Part shown: in pieces, positions 33,040 through 43,534 of the stretch
How positions within the stretch are numbered: position 1 is the first letter of the stretch
Layout of the letters: every line of letters begins with the position of its first letter
Source: an uncultured Chlorobiaceae bacterium
GTDB taxonomy: Bacteria; Bacteroidota; Ignavibacteria; UBA10030; SZUA-254
Reading direction: 5' to 3'
DNA length: 64,000 bases
NCBI GenBank assembly: GCA_964484465.1
Contig: CAZAFL010000002.1
Span: forward strand, 2,124-66,123
Notes under the pieces: generated by a model
Seen by the model: the letters and a program-made list of their open reading frames with translations, nothing else
Database searches by the model: none
What the model was told of the DNA's origin: nothing
Translations under genes and position numbers: made by a program

Positions 33040-34884
33040 ATGAAGACGTTACAAACGTATTTCCGGGTAATCCGTTACGTTAAGCCGTACTGGAAACACC
33101 TTGCCGCCTCGGTCGTGAGTACCGTATTGTATTCCCTCTTTAACGGCGTTTCTATTTACCTGTTCATTCCTCTCCTCGACATCCTGTTTCATCCTGAAAA
33201 AATGGGGAACGGAAAACCCGCTCAGCCGTTTGACGTACCGTTTGCTTTTTCCAGCGTCTTCGACAAGCTGAAGACCTCATTTCTTTCCTTTGTGTTCGGC
33301 GGAACGCAGGAAGAAGCGCTATTCAAAATTTGTGCTATCATTTTTTCTGCTTTTTTACTCAAGAATCTTTTCGGGTATACCCAATCATTCATGATGAATT
33401 TTGCCGAAGAGGGCGTGGTGAAAGATTTACGTAACGCTCTCTATCGTCACCTCCATGATCTGCCGTTAGGGTATTTCACGAATGAACGTACCGGAGATTT
33501 GATTTCAAGAATCACCGCCGATGTTGCTATTATCAACGGCGGAGTAAGTGCTTTTTTTGACACGCTGATTAAACAACCGCTCCTCATTCTCGTATTCCTC
33601 TCGCTTGCATTCTCGCTCAGCTGGAAACTGACTGTGATCTCGTTGCTTGTCTTTCCGTTTTCGCTTTCCGTGATCGGCTGGATTGCGGTTCGTCTGCACA
33701 AAGAACGGGGTGTTTCCCAGGAGCGACTTGCTGATATTACAGCAGTGCTGCAGGAGACGATTTCTGGAGTGAAAGTCGTCAAGGCTTTTGGCATGGAGGA
33801 ATTTGAAAACAGGAAATTCAATAAACAAACGGAACGGTATTTCTCATCGCTCATTAAAATTAATCGGATCCGGGAACTCTCATCTCCCACGACTGAAATT
33901 CTGAGTGTTGCAGCTGGTGTTGTGATTATCTGGTACGGCGGTACGCAGGTGATGCTCGAAGGAAGCCTAAAGGCGAGTGAGTTTCTCGGGTTTCTTCTGA
34001 TTATTTTTCAAATCATGCCTCCAGTTAAAGAGCTGACAAGTGTCAACAATCGAATTCAGGAGTGCAGCGCGGCGGGAAAACGTATTTTTGAAATTCTCGA
34101 TACGATGCCAAGCATTCGTAATGCTCCTCATACACGCCCGTGTGAAGGTTTTCATTCGGCGGTTGAATTTCAAGGTGTTTCGTTTTCCTACAATGCACAG
34201 GCTGAGGTCCTTGCCGATATTAACCTGACAATCAGGAAAGGGGAGGTTGTGGCAATCGTGGGTCCGAGCGGCAGCGGTAAAACTACACTCGCTGACCTTG
34301 TCCCCCGATTTTATGATCCTACTGCGGGCCGTCTTGTTATCGATGGCATTGACTTGCGCGAGGTCGATGTGAAATCACTAAGGAGCCTTATTGGAATTGT
34401 AACGCAGGAAACAATATTGTTCAACGATTCAGTTCGTAACAACATTGCCTACGGTCTTGAGGAATGTTCTCAGGATGCAATCATCGCTGCTGCCAAGGCT
34501 GCGAACGCGCATCGGTTTATCATGGATCTGCCGCAACAATATGATAGCACCATCGGGGAGCGCGGGGTGAAACTTTCTGGAGGAGAGCGCCAACGGTTGT
34601 CGCTGGCACGTGCAATTTTAAAAAACCCTCCAATCCTCATCCTCGATGAGGCGACTTCCGCGCTCGACACCGAATCGGAGATTCTCGTCCAGGAAGCGAT
34701 CGATCGCTTGATGACCGGAAGGACATCGATTGTGATCGCACACCGTCTCTCGACCATTCAACATGCGGACCGTATCATTGTCATGAACGGGGGACGTATC
34801 GTTGAAGAAGGAAGGCATGAAGAGTTAATCAAGAATGAGACTGGGTTGTACGCAAAGCTGTATAATCTTCAATTCATGTCATGA
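33040..34884 (+). CDS. ABC transporter permease/ATPase fusion, MsbA-like lipid/LPS-precursor exporter
   Basis: 614 aa; 6-TM exporter domain then NBD with Walker A GPSGSGKTT, signature LSGGERQRLSLAR, Walker B ILILDEATSALD, H-loop. Confidence 0.85.
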   Translation: MKTLQTYFRVIRYVKPYWKHLAASVVSTVLYSLFNGVSIYLFIPLLDILFHPEKMGNGKPAQPFDVPFAFSSVFDKLKTSFLSFVFGGTQEEALFKICAIIFSAFLLKNLFGYTQSFMMNFAEEGVVKDLRNALYRHLHDLPLGYFTNERTGDLISRITADVAIINGGVSAFFDTLIKQPLLILVFLSLAFSLSWKLTVISLLVFPFSLSVIGWIAVRLHKERGVSQERLADITAVLQETISGVKVVKAFGMEEFENRKFNKQTERYFSSLIKINRIRELSSPTTEILSVAAGVVIIWYGGTQVMLEGSLKASEFLGFLLIIFQIMPPVKELTSVNNRIQECSAAGKRIFEILDTMPSIRNAPHTRPCEGFHSAVEFQGVSFSYNAQAEVLADINLTIRKGEVVAIVGPSGSGKTTLADLVPRFYDPTAGRLVIDGIDLREVDVKSLRSLIGIVTQETILFNDSVRNNIAYGLEECSQDAIIAAAKAANAHRFIMDLPQQYDSTIGERGVKLSGGERQRLSLARAILKNPPILILDEATSALDTESEILVQEAIDRLMTGRTSIVIAHRLSTIQHADRIIVMNGGRIVEEGRHEELIKNETGLYAKLYNLQFMS

Positions 34885-36110
34885 TGATAGCACCTCCGCA
34901 CATTCTGAAACGCATGAATCTCTCGCCGGACACGTTGCTCAAGTGTCTCTACGTGAGTGTCCTTATTTCGATATGTGGCTTGGTGTTCTCAATTGCAGTC
35001 TCTTCGATCGCATTCGGCGCTGCTTCGTTGTTCTGGGTATTGCTTCTCGTCATATATCCTGAACGTGTCGAGATGAGAAATTCGATTGTGATGTTCTTCT
35101 TACTCTATGTCGTAGTGGATTTTCTGTCGTCGATTTTCTCAATCGATGCGGTCGGGTCATTTATCGGAATGAAACGGTTGGCGCTGTTTTTTAACATCTA
35201 TTACACGATGAGTGTTGCGGGATCCTCAAAAAGAATTCTGCATATTCTCATTGCGTTTGTGACTGCGGTTTCGTTGGCGTCGTTGATCGAACTCATAACG
35301 GGGAAGTTCGCAGTATCGCTGTCAGAGAGGCTTGCTATTTTTCAAAATTACATGACCGAAGGCGGCATTAAGATGTTCGCGCTCCTTATTACTCTCCCCC
35401 TGTTGATTCACAGGGAGACTTCCCTCCGGCTGAGAGTCTGGTTCACCCTCCTTTTATTGCCGATCAGTTTTGCCTTAGTGCTTACACAAACGCGAAGTAG
35501 CTGGATAGGTGCGATTGGAGGGATTATTGTTATTGGCCTTCTTAAAGAGAAGAAAGCAATCGTTGCTCTTTTAGTTGTCATTATTGTTTTTGCATTGTTC
35601 GCCCCACATCCGCTTCAGGTAAGAGCAATGAGTATTTTTGATACTCAACAGACCTCAAACCTTGCGCGCATACACATGGCGAAAACGGGTTTGAAAATAT
35701 TCCGGGACTTCCCCATTCTGGGGACTGGTGACGTCGACCTCCATGCGTTGTATGTTCACTATACAAAACCGATTGACCCGGGAGAGGGAGGGCATCTTCA
35801 CAATAATATTATCCAGGCATTGGTGACTCTTGGTGCAGTGGGCTTTCTGGTGTTGATGGCGCTGTATGCTGCTATTGGACAGAGCTTGTGGAAGATGTAC
35901 AAGGTAGCGCAATCGAGCTGGCTGTACGGCTCTGTTTGTCTTGGAGGTGTCGCAGCATACGCCGGATTTCATCTGAACGGCTTGTTTGAATATAATTTTG
36001 GGGATCACGAAATCGCTGCGATCCTCTGGTTTGTAATCGGATTATGCTACAGTGCCGGGCATCTCTGTACCGCGGAACAACAGAAGAACATGTTGTACAC
36101 AAAAGATTGA
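34881..36110 (+). CDS. O-antigen ligase (WaaL/Wzy_C family) polytopic membrane protein
   Basis: 409 aa, ~10 TM; TQTRSSWIG and GTGDVD...HLHNN periplasmic loop motifs characteristic of Wzy_C; start overlaps ABC gene stop (ATGA). Confidence 0.65.
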   Translation: MMIAPPHILKRMNLSPDTLLKCLYVSVLISICGLVFSIAVSSIAFGAASLFWVLLLVIYPERVEMRNSIVMFFLLYVVVDFLSSIFSIDAVGSFIGMKRLALFFNIYYTMSVAGSSKRILHILIAFVTAVSLASLIELITGKFAVSLSERLAIFQNYMTEGGIKMFALLITLPLLIHRETSLRLRVWFTLLLLPISFALVLTQTRSSWIGAIGGIIVIGLLKEKKAIVALLVVIIVFALFAPHPLQVRAMSIFDTQQTSNLARIHMAKTGLKIFRDFPILGTGDVDLHALYVHYTKPIDPGEGGHLHNNIIQALVTLGAVGFLVLMALYAAIGQSLWKMYKVAQSSWLYGSVCLGGVAAYAGFHLNGLFEYNFGDHEIAAILWFVIGLCYSAGHLCTAEQQKNMLYTKD

Positions 36111-36116
36111 ACCGGT

Positions 36117-37280
36117 ATGAGATTCCTCAATGCACCTGTTGTCCGTTGGCTGGTTTTTCTGGTTGTGATCACCTACGTGGTGGTGATAAGTCTAAATATC
36201 CTGAGAAGTCCGACACAATATCAATGGGATTTCAAGACATATTTATTTGCAGGCCGATTAATCCATGAAGGTGGAAACCCGTACGACGCAGCACGGCTTG
36301 CCGCATTTTCCCAGGGTGAAACTAGCTATACGTTTGTCTATGCCCCGATCGTCGGAGTTGTTCTCGGACTCATTCCGCCGATGGATGAGCTCATGGCATA
36401 TTATGTCTTTTATGCGGTAAAAATAATTTGTCTTGTTGTTCTCTGCTATGTCTGGAAAAAATATTTTCTTCAAACGTCCCAGCTTGTCGGTTTTTTGCTG
36501 ATCCTTGCATTCGGGTTTCGGGAAACAGTCGCGAGCGACTTGCGCTCGGGTAACATTTCGATATTTGAACAGCTTGCAATATGGATTTCACTGATCTGGT
36601 ATATGAAAGGAGATTTTTGGAAGTTTGGAGGAGGGATTATCGCAATCTCGCTCATTAAAATCCTGCCGATAGTTTTTCTTGTGCTATTACTCTTCGATCC
36701 TCAACAACGGCAGATGAAAAAATTTCTGGTTTGCTTGCTAATTTTTGCCCTTCTTATGCTTCTGCAGTATGTGATGTATCCTCAGCTTTTTCAATCATTT
36801 ATAACTGCTGTTCATTCTATCAACGAACGTGCACCGACAAACCCCAGCCTTCTTGCCGCAGCATTTGATGCGTCGGACCGGCTTCGGAATTTATCGGGTC
36901 TCGGGTTATTGACATCTCCGGTAGTCGGCAGTGTTATGTATGGCGCTGTTGCTGTTGTAATACTTGCAATTTCGGTTCGAACGATTGTTCGTCACGACGT
37001 TAATGCCGTTGCTGTTGTGATGATTTTTTGTGCAACACTCGCTCTCACGCTCCCTCGCTTTAAAGATTATTCTTATGTCCTCATGATTATTCCGGCTACC
37101 AATGCTGTTACATTTCTTCGTCATGATATTACGAAGATATCCCTTATTGTGCTGTTCTGCATAAGTCTGTTCATGTATCAGCAATTATTCGATGCTCTTG
37201 TCATATGGATTATCCTGATAGCTTTCGCTAACGGGTTGTTCCGGTTTCAGAAAAAAACTATAGCACCGACTTACTCATGA
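36117..37280 (+). CDS. Polytopic membrane protein, possible GT-C-type glycosyltransferase (DUF2029/GT87-like)
   Basis: 387 aa, many TM helices, NPYD motif in first loop; family assignment from memory only. Confidence 0.4.
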   Translation: MRFLNAPVVRWLVFLVVITYVVVISLNILRSPTQYQWDFKTYLFAGRLIHEGGNPYDAARLAAFSQGETSYTFVYAPIVGVVLGLIPPMDELMAYYVFYAVKIICLVVLCYVWKKYFLQTSQLVGFLLILAFGFRETVASDLRSGNISIFEQLAIWISLIWYMKGDFWKFGGGIIAISLIKILPIVFLVLLLFDPQQRQMKKFLVCLLIFALLMLLQYVMYPQLFQSFITAVHSINERAPTNPSLLAAAFDASDRLRNLSGLGLLTSPVVGSVMYGAVAVVILAISVRTIVRHDVNAVAVVMIFCATLALTLPRFKDYSYVLMIIPATNAVTFLRHDITKISLIVLFCISLFMYQQLFDALVIWIILIAFANGLFRFQKKTIAPTYS

Positions 37281-38098
37281 CGGGAGATAGTACATCCAAA
37301 AGAACGATGACAGAACAATTGTCCCCGCGGGCGCTTCCCCTTTCGGTCATTGTTATAACAAAAGACGAAGAACGCAATATCCGGGACTGCCTTGAAAGTG
37401 TACGATGGGTTCAGGATCTTATTGTTGTTGATGCAGAAAGCTCGGACCGGACAGTGGACATTGCCCGGTCATTTACATCGAAGGTATTTGTTAGGACATG
37501 GGAGGGGTATGCTTCGACGAAAACATTTGCCATCAGCCAGACGCAATTCGAATGGGTTCTGTGGCTGGATGCTGATGAACGTGTTCCGTTTGAGCTTGCG
37601 GAAGAAATCAGAGCAATTGTGAGTGACCCAGTGAACGATTGCAGCGGATATGAAGTTGCACGGCGCACTTTTTTTCTCAACAAGTGGATACAACATTGCG
37701 GATGGTATCCCGGCTACGTCGTGCGATTGTTTAAGAAATCGCATGCACAGTTTTCATCGTCGAAAGTACATGAGAAACTCAACGTGGCTGGGAGAACAGG
37801 CAGATTACGCCACGACCTGTTCCATTACACCGACGACACCCTGTTTCATTATTTCTCAAAATTCAACAGATACACAACTCTTGCTGCCGAGGATCATCTT
37901 GAAGGTGGGAAAAGGGTTTCTCTCTGCGACCTGCTGGTTCGGCCGCCATTCCTTTTTTTAAAAATGTACATTCTGCGCTTGGGGATACTCGATGGAGTTC
38001 ATGGACTGGTCCTTTCATTACTCTCAGCTGCATACGTTTTTGTAAAGTATGCAAAAATACGGGAGCAGTCGTGTGGTGAACATCGTTCTTATGGGTAA
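37277..38098 (+). CDS. Family 2 glycosyltransferase (LPS core type)
   Basis: 273 aa; LSVIVITKDEERNI...LIVVDAESSDRT, WLDADE GT2 motifs. Alternative start at ATG 37307. Confidence 0.85.
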   Translation: MTGDSTSKRTMTEQLSPRALPLSVIVITKDEERNIRDCLESVRWVQDLIVVDAESSDRTVDIARSFTSKVFVRTWEGYASTKTFAISQTQFEWVLWLDADERVPFELAEEIRAIVSDPVNDCSGYEVARRTFFLNKWIQHCGWYPGYVVRLFKKSHAQFSSSKVHEKLNVAGRTGRLRHDLFHYTDDTLFHYFSKFNRYTTLAAEDHLEGGKRVSLCDLLVRPPFLFLKMYILRLGILDGVHGLVLSLLSAAYVFVKYAKIREQSCGEHRSYG

Positions 38099-38135
38099 AC
38101 ATTTGTTGCATGGAGCATAGCGAGCATAAAGCATC

Positions 38136-39245
38136 ATGGTGTGGCCCTCCATCGAACAGTATATGAAACGGAATTATTTGCATTTTCTCGAACGATGGTT
38201 TGGGAAAAATGTCCTTCTGCCGGAGGAGATGAATCGGTCAGGGCTGCGCAGCATCCTTGTAGTACGTCAGCACGATCAGCTTGGAGATTTTCTCCTTGCT
38301 ACGCCTGCTTTGCGCGCACTGAGAGAATATTTTCCATCGGCAAGAATCGGTCTCCTCGTTCGCAAATATTTTTCTGATGTGGCACGCTGTGTCCCGTTCG
38401 TTGATGAAGTAATTATGTTTCATGAAGGAGGAGCGCGCTGGATTCCGAAGAATATCATCTCCCTTTTCCGTCAATTGCGTGGTGGGTGGGATCTGACGAT
38501 TGTCCTGAATACAGTCAGTCATTCCCTTACATCCGATATGCTGGCGTATTTTTCAGATTCAGCATTTGTGTTAGGCTCGGGCGGTAAAGTGTTCCCCGGA
38601 TGTTCACGGAATTTTTTTTATAACCTCATTTCGTCGCCCCCCGCGGCTGCGATCCATCAATCAGAGGAGAATTTGAATATTGTGCGGTATATTGGAGCCG
38701 GAACAAACGATCTCTCAGAAGTTATTAAAGTTCCGGAAAGCGAAATCCGTACTGTTCGGACCGAGTTGCTGAAAATGGGCCTGCTCGAGGATAAGTTAGT
38801 TATTGGAATACACCCCGGCGCCGGAAAACATGGAAACCGTTGGCCCGTCGGCTATTTCAGTAAAGTTGCAACGATGCTGCATGAGAAACACCAGGCACAA
38901 ATTCTCCTCTTTTGGGGTCCCGCCGAACAGGAGTTGTGTGACCAATTTTGCCGGATGATAAAATTTGAGCCGTTGAAAATTTCTCCAACGGGGTTAGTAA
39001 CTTTGGCGGCGTATTTTACTTGTTGTGACGCATTGTTATGCAATGATACCGGTGTGATGCATTTGGCAGCTGCATCCGGAATCCCTGTTCTTGCGCTGTT
39101 TGGCACCACAGATCCAGGTGAATGGAAACCGTATGGTGCAGATTGTATCGGGCTCCGGGGGGAAAATGGGAATATTGAAAATATCAATCCTGAAAAGGTA
39201 TTTGATGAACTTCAGCAGCTCGCTGGCAGGAAGAATTATCGATAA
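38136..39245 (+). CDS. Family 9 glycosyltransferase (ADP-heptose:LPS heptosyltransferase-like)
   Basis: 369 aa; SILVVRQHDQLGDFLLATPALRALRE N-terminus and C-terminal CNDTGVMHLAAASGIPVLALFG motif typical of GT9. Confidence 0.85.
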   Translation: MVWPSIEQYMKRNYLHFLERWFGKNVLLPEEMNRSGLRSILVVRQHDQLGDFLLATPALRALREYFPSARIGLLVRKYFSDVARCVPFVDEVIMFHEGGARWIPKNIISLFRQLRGGWDLTIVLNTVSHSLTSDMLAYFSDSAFVLGSGGKVFPGCSRNFFYNLISSPPAAAIHQSEENLNIVRYIGAGTNDLSEVIKVPESEIRTVRTELLKMGLLEDKLVIGIHPGAGKHGNRWPVGYFSKVATMLHEKHQAQILLFWGPAEQELCDQFCRMIKFEPLKISPTGLVTLAAYFTCCDALLCNDTGVMHLAAASGIPVLALFGTTDPGEWKPYGADCIGLRGENGNIENINPEKVFDELQQLAGRKNYR

Positions 39246-39331
39246 TGCGAAAGCCGTCACCCCTTTCTTGTGATTGATTTTCAAAGGCGAATTTCCTACT
39301 ATCGTAGTGTTATATCCCCAAAGGAAAACTC

Positions 39332-39640
39332 ATGAGTGAAAAAAACGAAATTTTACTTACGCAACTTGTCCTGATGTTCCAGACTGCGGCGCTCCAACAA
39401 ATGGGAAAGCTCAAATCTCCATTGTCGGATAAGATCGAGCAGGACTTAGCCCAGGCACAGATTTCCATCGATATGCTGGAAATGCTTCACACGAAAATGA
39501 AGGGCAACCTGACTCCGGAAGAGCAGAAGATCCTTTCGACGGTTCTCCAGGAACTGAAGCTTAATTATGTCGATGAAGTTTCCAAATCCCGGATAACCCC
39601 ATCATCACCACCAACGACTCGAGAAACCAACACTCAATGA
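39332..39640 (+). CDS. Small conserved protein, DUF1844-like
   Basis: 102 aa; LLTQLVLMFQTAALQQMGK pattern resembling DUF1844; assignment from memory, unverified. Confidence 0.45.
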   Translation: MSEKNEILLTQLVLMFQTAALQQMGKLKSPLSDKIEQDLAQAQISIDMLEMLHTKMKGNLTPEEQKILSTVLQELKLNYVDEVSKSRITPSSPPTTRETNTQ

Positions 39641-40527
39641 AATTTGGCATTATTGGCAATACGACAAAACCAGCGGTTAGCGACGTCACCGGAAAGCTGC
39701 TTTCCATTTTGAGAAAAAGGGATACCACATTCGTCATTCACGACGAACTTGCAGCCTGGCTGAGCGCACAACCTAACGGACCATTGCTTGAAAATGACCA
39801 TGTTTGCAATGAACATGACCTCTCCTCGAAGTGTGACATTCTTATCGCGCTTGGGGGAGACGGGACTATGCTCTCAGCGGCACGCATTATAGGAATGCAC
39901 GGGACTCCGATTCTCGGGATTAATGTGGGGAAACTGGGGTTTCTCGCAGAGGTATCGGTTGATGAGCTTCAGCAATGTCTCGATGAGATTCTGAGCGGAC
40001 GATATTTTATTGAGGAAAGGATGGTTCTCCAGGCAAAAAATCAGAAGGATAGTAAACCCTATTTTGGGTTGAATGATATTGTTGTCGATAAAGGAGCTTC
40101 TGCCCGAGTCATCGATTTGGAGACATATGTGAACGGGGATTACCTCGTCACGTATACCGCCGATGGCATTATTGTCAACACTCCGACAGGTTCCACTGCG
40201 TATTCGCTTGCAAGCGGCGGTCCCATTGTAACCCCGCACAGCAACGTTATTACGATAAACCCCATCGCCCCCCATACATTGACTGCGCGGCCGGTGATTG
40301 TTCCTGATACGAGTGTCATAAGAATTACAATAAACGGCGATGCGAAATCAGTTCACATCACGGCCGATGGACAGGTAGAAGGCTTTTATGATATTCCCAC
40401 TGAAGTTATTGTTCAGAAAGCACCATACACAATAAAGCTTGTGAAGAGAAAAAACCGGACATACTACGATTTACTTCGTACTAAATTATTGTGGGGAAGA
40501 GACGTAAGGATCGGTCGGAAAAAATGA
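39637..40527 (+). CDS. nadK: NAD kinase
   Basis: 296 aa; GGDGTML motif, NVGKLGFLAE, conserved NADK fold; start overlaps upstream stop (ATGA). Confidence 0.92.
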   Translation: MKFGIIGNTTKPAVSDVTGKLLSILRKRDTTFVIHDELAAWLSAQPNGPLLENDHVCNEHDLSSKCDILIALGGDGTMLSAARIIGMHGTPILGINVGKLGFLAEVSVDELQQCLDEILSGRYFIEERMVLQAKNQKDSKPYFGLNDIVVDKGASARVIDLETYVNGDYLVTYTADGIIVNTPTGSTAYSLASGGPIVTPHSNVITINPIAPHTLTARPVIVPDTSVIRITINGDAKSVHITADGQVEGFYDIPTEVIVQKAPYTIKLVKRKNRTYYDLLRTKLLWGRDVRIGRKK

Positions 40528-40528
40528 C

Positions 40529-41884
40529 ATGAAAAAGCTTTCATCAAACTATGTCTGTCAAACATGTGCCTACGAATCGCCCCGCTGGTTGGGGAAATGT
40601 CCTAACTGCGGTGAATGGAACTCGTTTGTTGAAGAACTCACTCGTAAAATTGCAACGAAACGCGCGATGACGGTGCCGCAGGCGCGGCCTCTGTCACTTA
40701 AAGAAGTAGACGCGGTCGATACTGAGAGGCTTCCATCATCCATCGATGAGTTTGACAGAGTGCTGGGTGGGGGGATCGTCCCCGGTTCCGTGATTCTGCT
40801 TGGCGGCGACCCTGGTGTTGGTAAATCAACGTTGATGATGCAGTTCGCTTCTCAGCTCCGTGATCAGGTTGTTCTTTACATCTCGGGAGAAGAATCTGCC
40901 AGTCAGATAAAATTAAGAGCGGAACGACTAAATGTAACGCCCTCCGATTCACTGTTAATTTTCCCGGAAACAAACATGGAAGTGATCATGGAGACGGTGG
41001 AGCGAGCAACGCCCGATGTTATTATTGTCGATTCTGTGCAAACAATGTTCCGTTCCGACCTTGAAAGTTCTGCCGGAAGTGTTGGGCAGGTTCGGGAGTC
41101 GACCGCACAGTTTATGCGCATCGCCAAAAGTAAATCAGTCCCGATATTTCTCATCGGGCACGTGACGAAAGAAGGCGTCCTTGCGGGACCCAAAGTCATC
41201 GAGCATATGGTTGATACGGTACTTCAATTTGAAGGTGAGCGACATTATGCTTACCGCATCCTGCGCGCAATGAAGAATCGGTTTGGCTCGACGAATGAAA
41301 TCGGTATTTTTGAAATGAGGGACAGCGGATTGAGAGAAGTGAAAAACCCCTCCGAGGTGTTTCTTTCCGAGCGGGCTTACGGTGCGTCGGGTTCCGCAGT
41401 TGTTGCCAGCGTCGAAGGAACGAGGCCCATTCTCATTGAAGTGCAGGCGCTTGTTACGCCGACAAGTTACGGGGTTCCCCAGCGCAATACGACCGGGTTT
41501 GATTACAGGAGATTAGGTTTACTGCTCGCCGTTCTAGAGAAACGAATGGGTGTCATGCTCGGTCAGCAAGATGTTTTTGTAAATATAGCTGGTGGAGTTC
41601 GTGTCGATGAACCTGCAGTCGACCTTGGCATAGCATTATCAATCATTTCCAGCTTACGTGATGTCCCTGTTGATTCTCAATCTGTCATGGTGGGAGAAAT
41701 CGGGTTGGGAGGGGAAATCCGGACAATCAGTCAAATCGAAAAACGAATTCAGGAAACGGCCAAACTTGGCTTCAAAAAAATCCTGTTGCCGAAAAATAAC
41801 TTGAAGAGCAGTGTCCGGAATGGAGGAATCGAGCTTGTCGGAGTTGAACATATCGAAGATGCGGTTCAACTTCTCCTTCAATGA
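40529..41884 (+). CDS. radA: DNA repair protein RadA (Sms)
   Basis: 451 aa; N-terminal C4 zinc finger (CQTCAYESPRWLGKCPNCGEW), Walker A GDPGVGKST, KNRFG motif, C-terminal Lon-like domain. Confidence 0.94.
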   Translation: MKKLSSNYVCQTCAYESPRWLGKCPNCGEWNSFVEELTRKIATKRAMTVPQARPLSLKEVDAVDTERLPSSIDEFDRVLGGGIVPGSVILLGGDPGVGKSTLMMQFASQLRDQVVLYISGEESASQIKLRAERLNVTPSDSLLIFPETNMEVIMETVERATPDVIIVDSVQTMFRSDLESSAGSVGQVRESTAQFMRIAKSKSVPIFLIGHVTKEGVLAGPKVIEHMVDTVLQFEGERHYAYRILRAMKNRFGSTNEIGIFEMRDSGLREVKNPSEVFLSERAYGASGSAVVASVEGTRPILIEVQALVTPTSYGVPQRNTTGFDYRRLGLLLAVLEKRMGVMLGQQDVFVNIAGGVRVDEPAVDLGIALSIISSLRDVPVDSQSVMVGEIGLGGEIRTISQIEKRIQETAKLGFKKILLPKNNLKSSVRNGGIELVGVEHIEDAVQLLLQ

Positions 41885-41965
41885 TTTCTCCGTTGTACTC
41901 CTTTCGTTGTTACCCAATCAGTTCAGTATCAATCCAGAAATGTCAAACCTTTGGTATGTATTTAA

Positions 41966-42571
41966 ATGATGAACGATAAATTAATGTTGGCGACCAGGAA
42001 CCGTGGGAAAATACAAGAAATCCGGGACATCCTTCAGATGCTAAATGTAGATATTGTCAGCTTGCTTGATGTTAAAGCACTCCCAGAGGTCGTGGAAGAT
42101 GGAACGACGCTTGAAGCGAACGCTTTAAAAAAAGCGCGGGAGATTTTTCTCGCCACGGGCATTCCCGCTCTCGCTGACGATTCAGGGCTTGAAGTGTTTG
42201 CTCTTGGCATGCGGCCTGGAGTGTTTTCAGCAAGATATGCCGGCGAGCATGTCACATATGAAGCGAACAACCGGAAACTTCTCTCGGAGATGAAAAATTG
42301 TCCCTTGAGTGAACGGAACGCAAGATTTAGGTGTATCATCGCGTTTGTTGCTCCACATGTCGAAAATATATCGGAAGGAATTTGCGAAGGGTCTATTGCA
42401 ACAAAGCCTCGAGGTACAGGAGGCTTTGGCTATGACCCGTTGTTTATCCCAATTGGCTACAACAAGACTTTTGCCGAGCTATCGATAGAAATTAAGAATA
42501 GAATTAGTCATAGATCGCTGGCATTACGGAAAATTCGGGTCAATATTGAAGAATATTTCTCAAACGGGTAA
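41966..42571 (+). CDS. rdgB: Non-canonical purine NTP pyrophosphatase (RdgB/Ham1 family)
   Basis: 201 aa; LATRNRGKIQEI N-terminus, DDSGLEV, FGYDPLFIP motifs of Ham1/ITPase. Confidence 0.9.
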   Translation: MMNDKLMLATRNRGKIQEIRDILQMLNVDIVSLLDVKALPEVVEDGTTLEANALKKAREIFLATGIPALADDSGLEVFALGMRPGVFSARYAGEHVTYEANNRKLLSEMKNCPLSERNARFRCIIAFVAPHVENISEGICEGSIATKPRGTGGFGYDPLFIPIGYNKTFAELSIEIKNRISHRSLALRKIRVNIEEYFSNG

Positions 42572-42667
42572 AACAGCACCCTTCTCGCAGAAATTTTAAT
42601 AAACAAAAATCTTGATATTGAATTTGTAGATGATTATCTTATGCGAGAAAAATAGCGATTTGCCTTT

Positions 42668-43531
42668 ATGGCGTGGTGGAGAACATGGCCGAAGAAAAAA
42701 CTGAAACATGTTTGGGAATTTGGAACACAGGGTGTTCTCTGGAGATTGCTTGCCTCGCGAAACGGGCTTTTTGTTGGTGAGGATAGAGATGTAGATGCCA
42801 AGTCCGTTTCTTTTTTCTGTCTTGACCGGATTTCTGGAAATGTGCTTTGGAAAAATATTCATTTCGATGAACGCTGGTGGATAGGTATGGAAGCGGTACA
42901 TGATGATGTGCTGTTTCTTCACGAATACGCAACCCCGGATCTACCCGAACATAAAAACATCTATGCAGTCTCACTCGCAACAGGATCTACAAAGTGGATA
43001 AATACCACGTTAACTTTTTTGTTTGCATACAAAGGATACGTTTATGCCAGTCAGGATTCATTCGACCATCGGAAATTTTTCGAGCTCGATGTTCAAACCG
43101 GTGCAGTTACCCGGGAAGTAGAAGTTGAATATGTCAACGCGCTCAGGGATATTGCGTTTTCGAACGCTGTCGAGCAGATCGAACTTCCTCGCCCGGAAAA
43201 TACGCTCCGTGCGGATGAAATTAATGTCCTGAGAGCGATTGAGAAGGTTCGGTTTGGTGCAAAAAGGATTGGTCAGATAGAATATCTTGACAAAAATCCT
43301 TTCGTGATTCTTGGATATTATGATAACGTGAGTAAGAATCCTACCAGTGAGGTTTTTAACCAGCATCTTGTAGTGTTTGAGGGCGGACAGTCACAAGTTG
43401 TATTGCAGGAAATGATCGCGACAGGTCTTGCAACATCGCTTCCGGGTACATTTTTCTGCATAGAGGATTATCTTTACTACATCAGGGATAAAAAGGTGCT
43501 GACGAGTATCAATTGTTCAACAAATTCGTAG
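42668..43531 (+). CDS. Hypothetical protein (287 aa), Trp-rich, possibly beta-propeller-like
   Basis: ORF with reasonable length and start context; no family recognised. Confidence 0.5.
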   Translation: MAWWRTWPKKKLKHVWEFGTQGVLWRLLASRNGLFVGEDRDVDAKSVSFFCLDRISGNVLWKNIHFDERWWIGMEAVHDDVLFLHEYATPDLPEHKNIYAVSLATGSTKWINTTLTFLFAYKGYVYASQDSFDHRKFFELDVQTGAVTREVEVEYVNALRDIAFSNAVEQIELPRPENTLRADEINVLRAIEKVRFGAKRIGQIEYLDKNPFVILGYYDNVSKNPTSEVFNQHLVVFEGGQSQVVLQEMIATGLATSLPGTFFCIEDYLYYIRDKKVLTSINCSTNS

Positions 43532-43534
43532 AAG

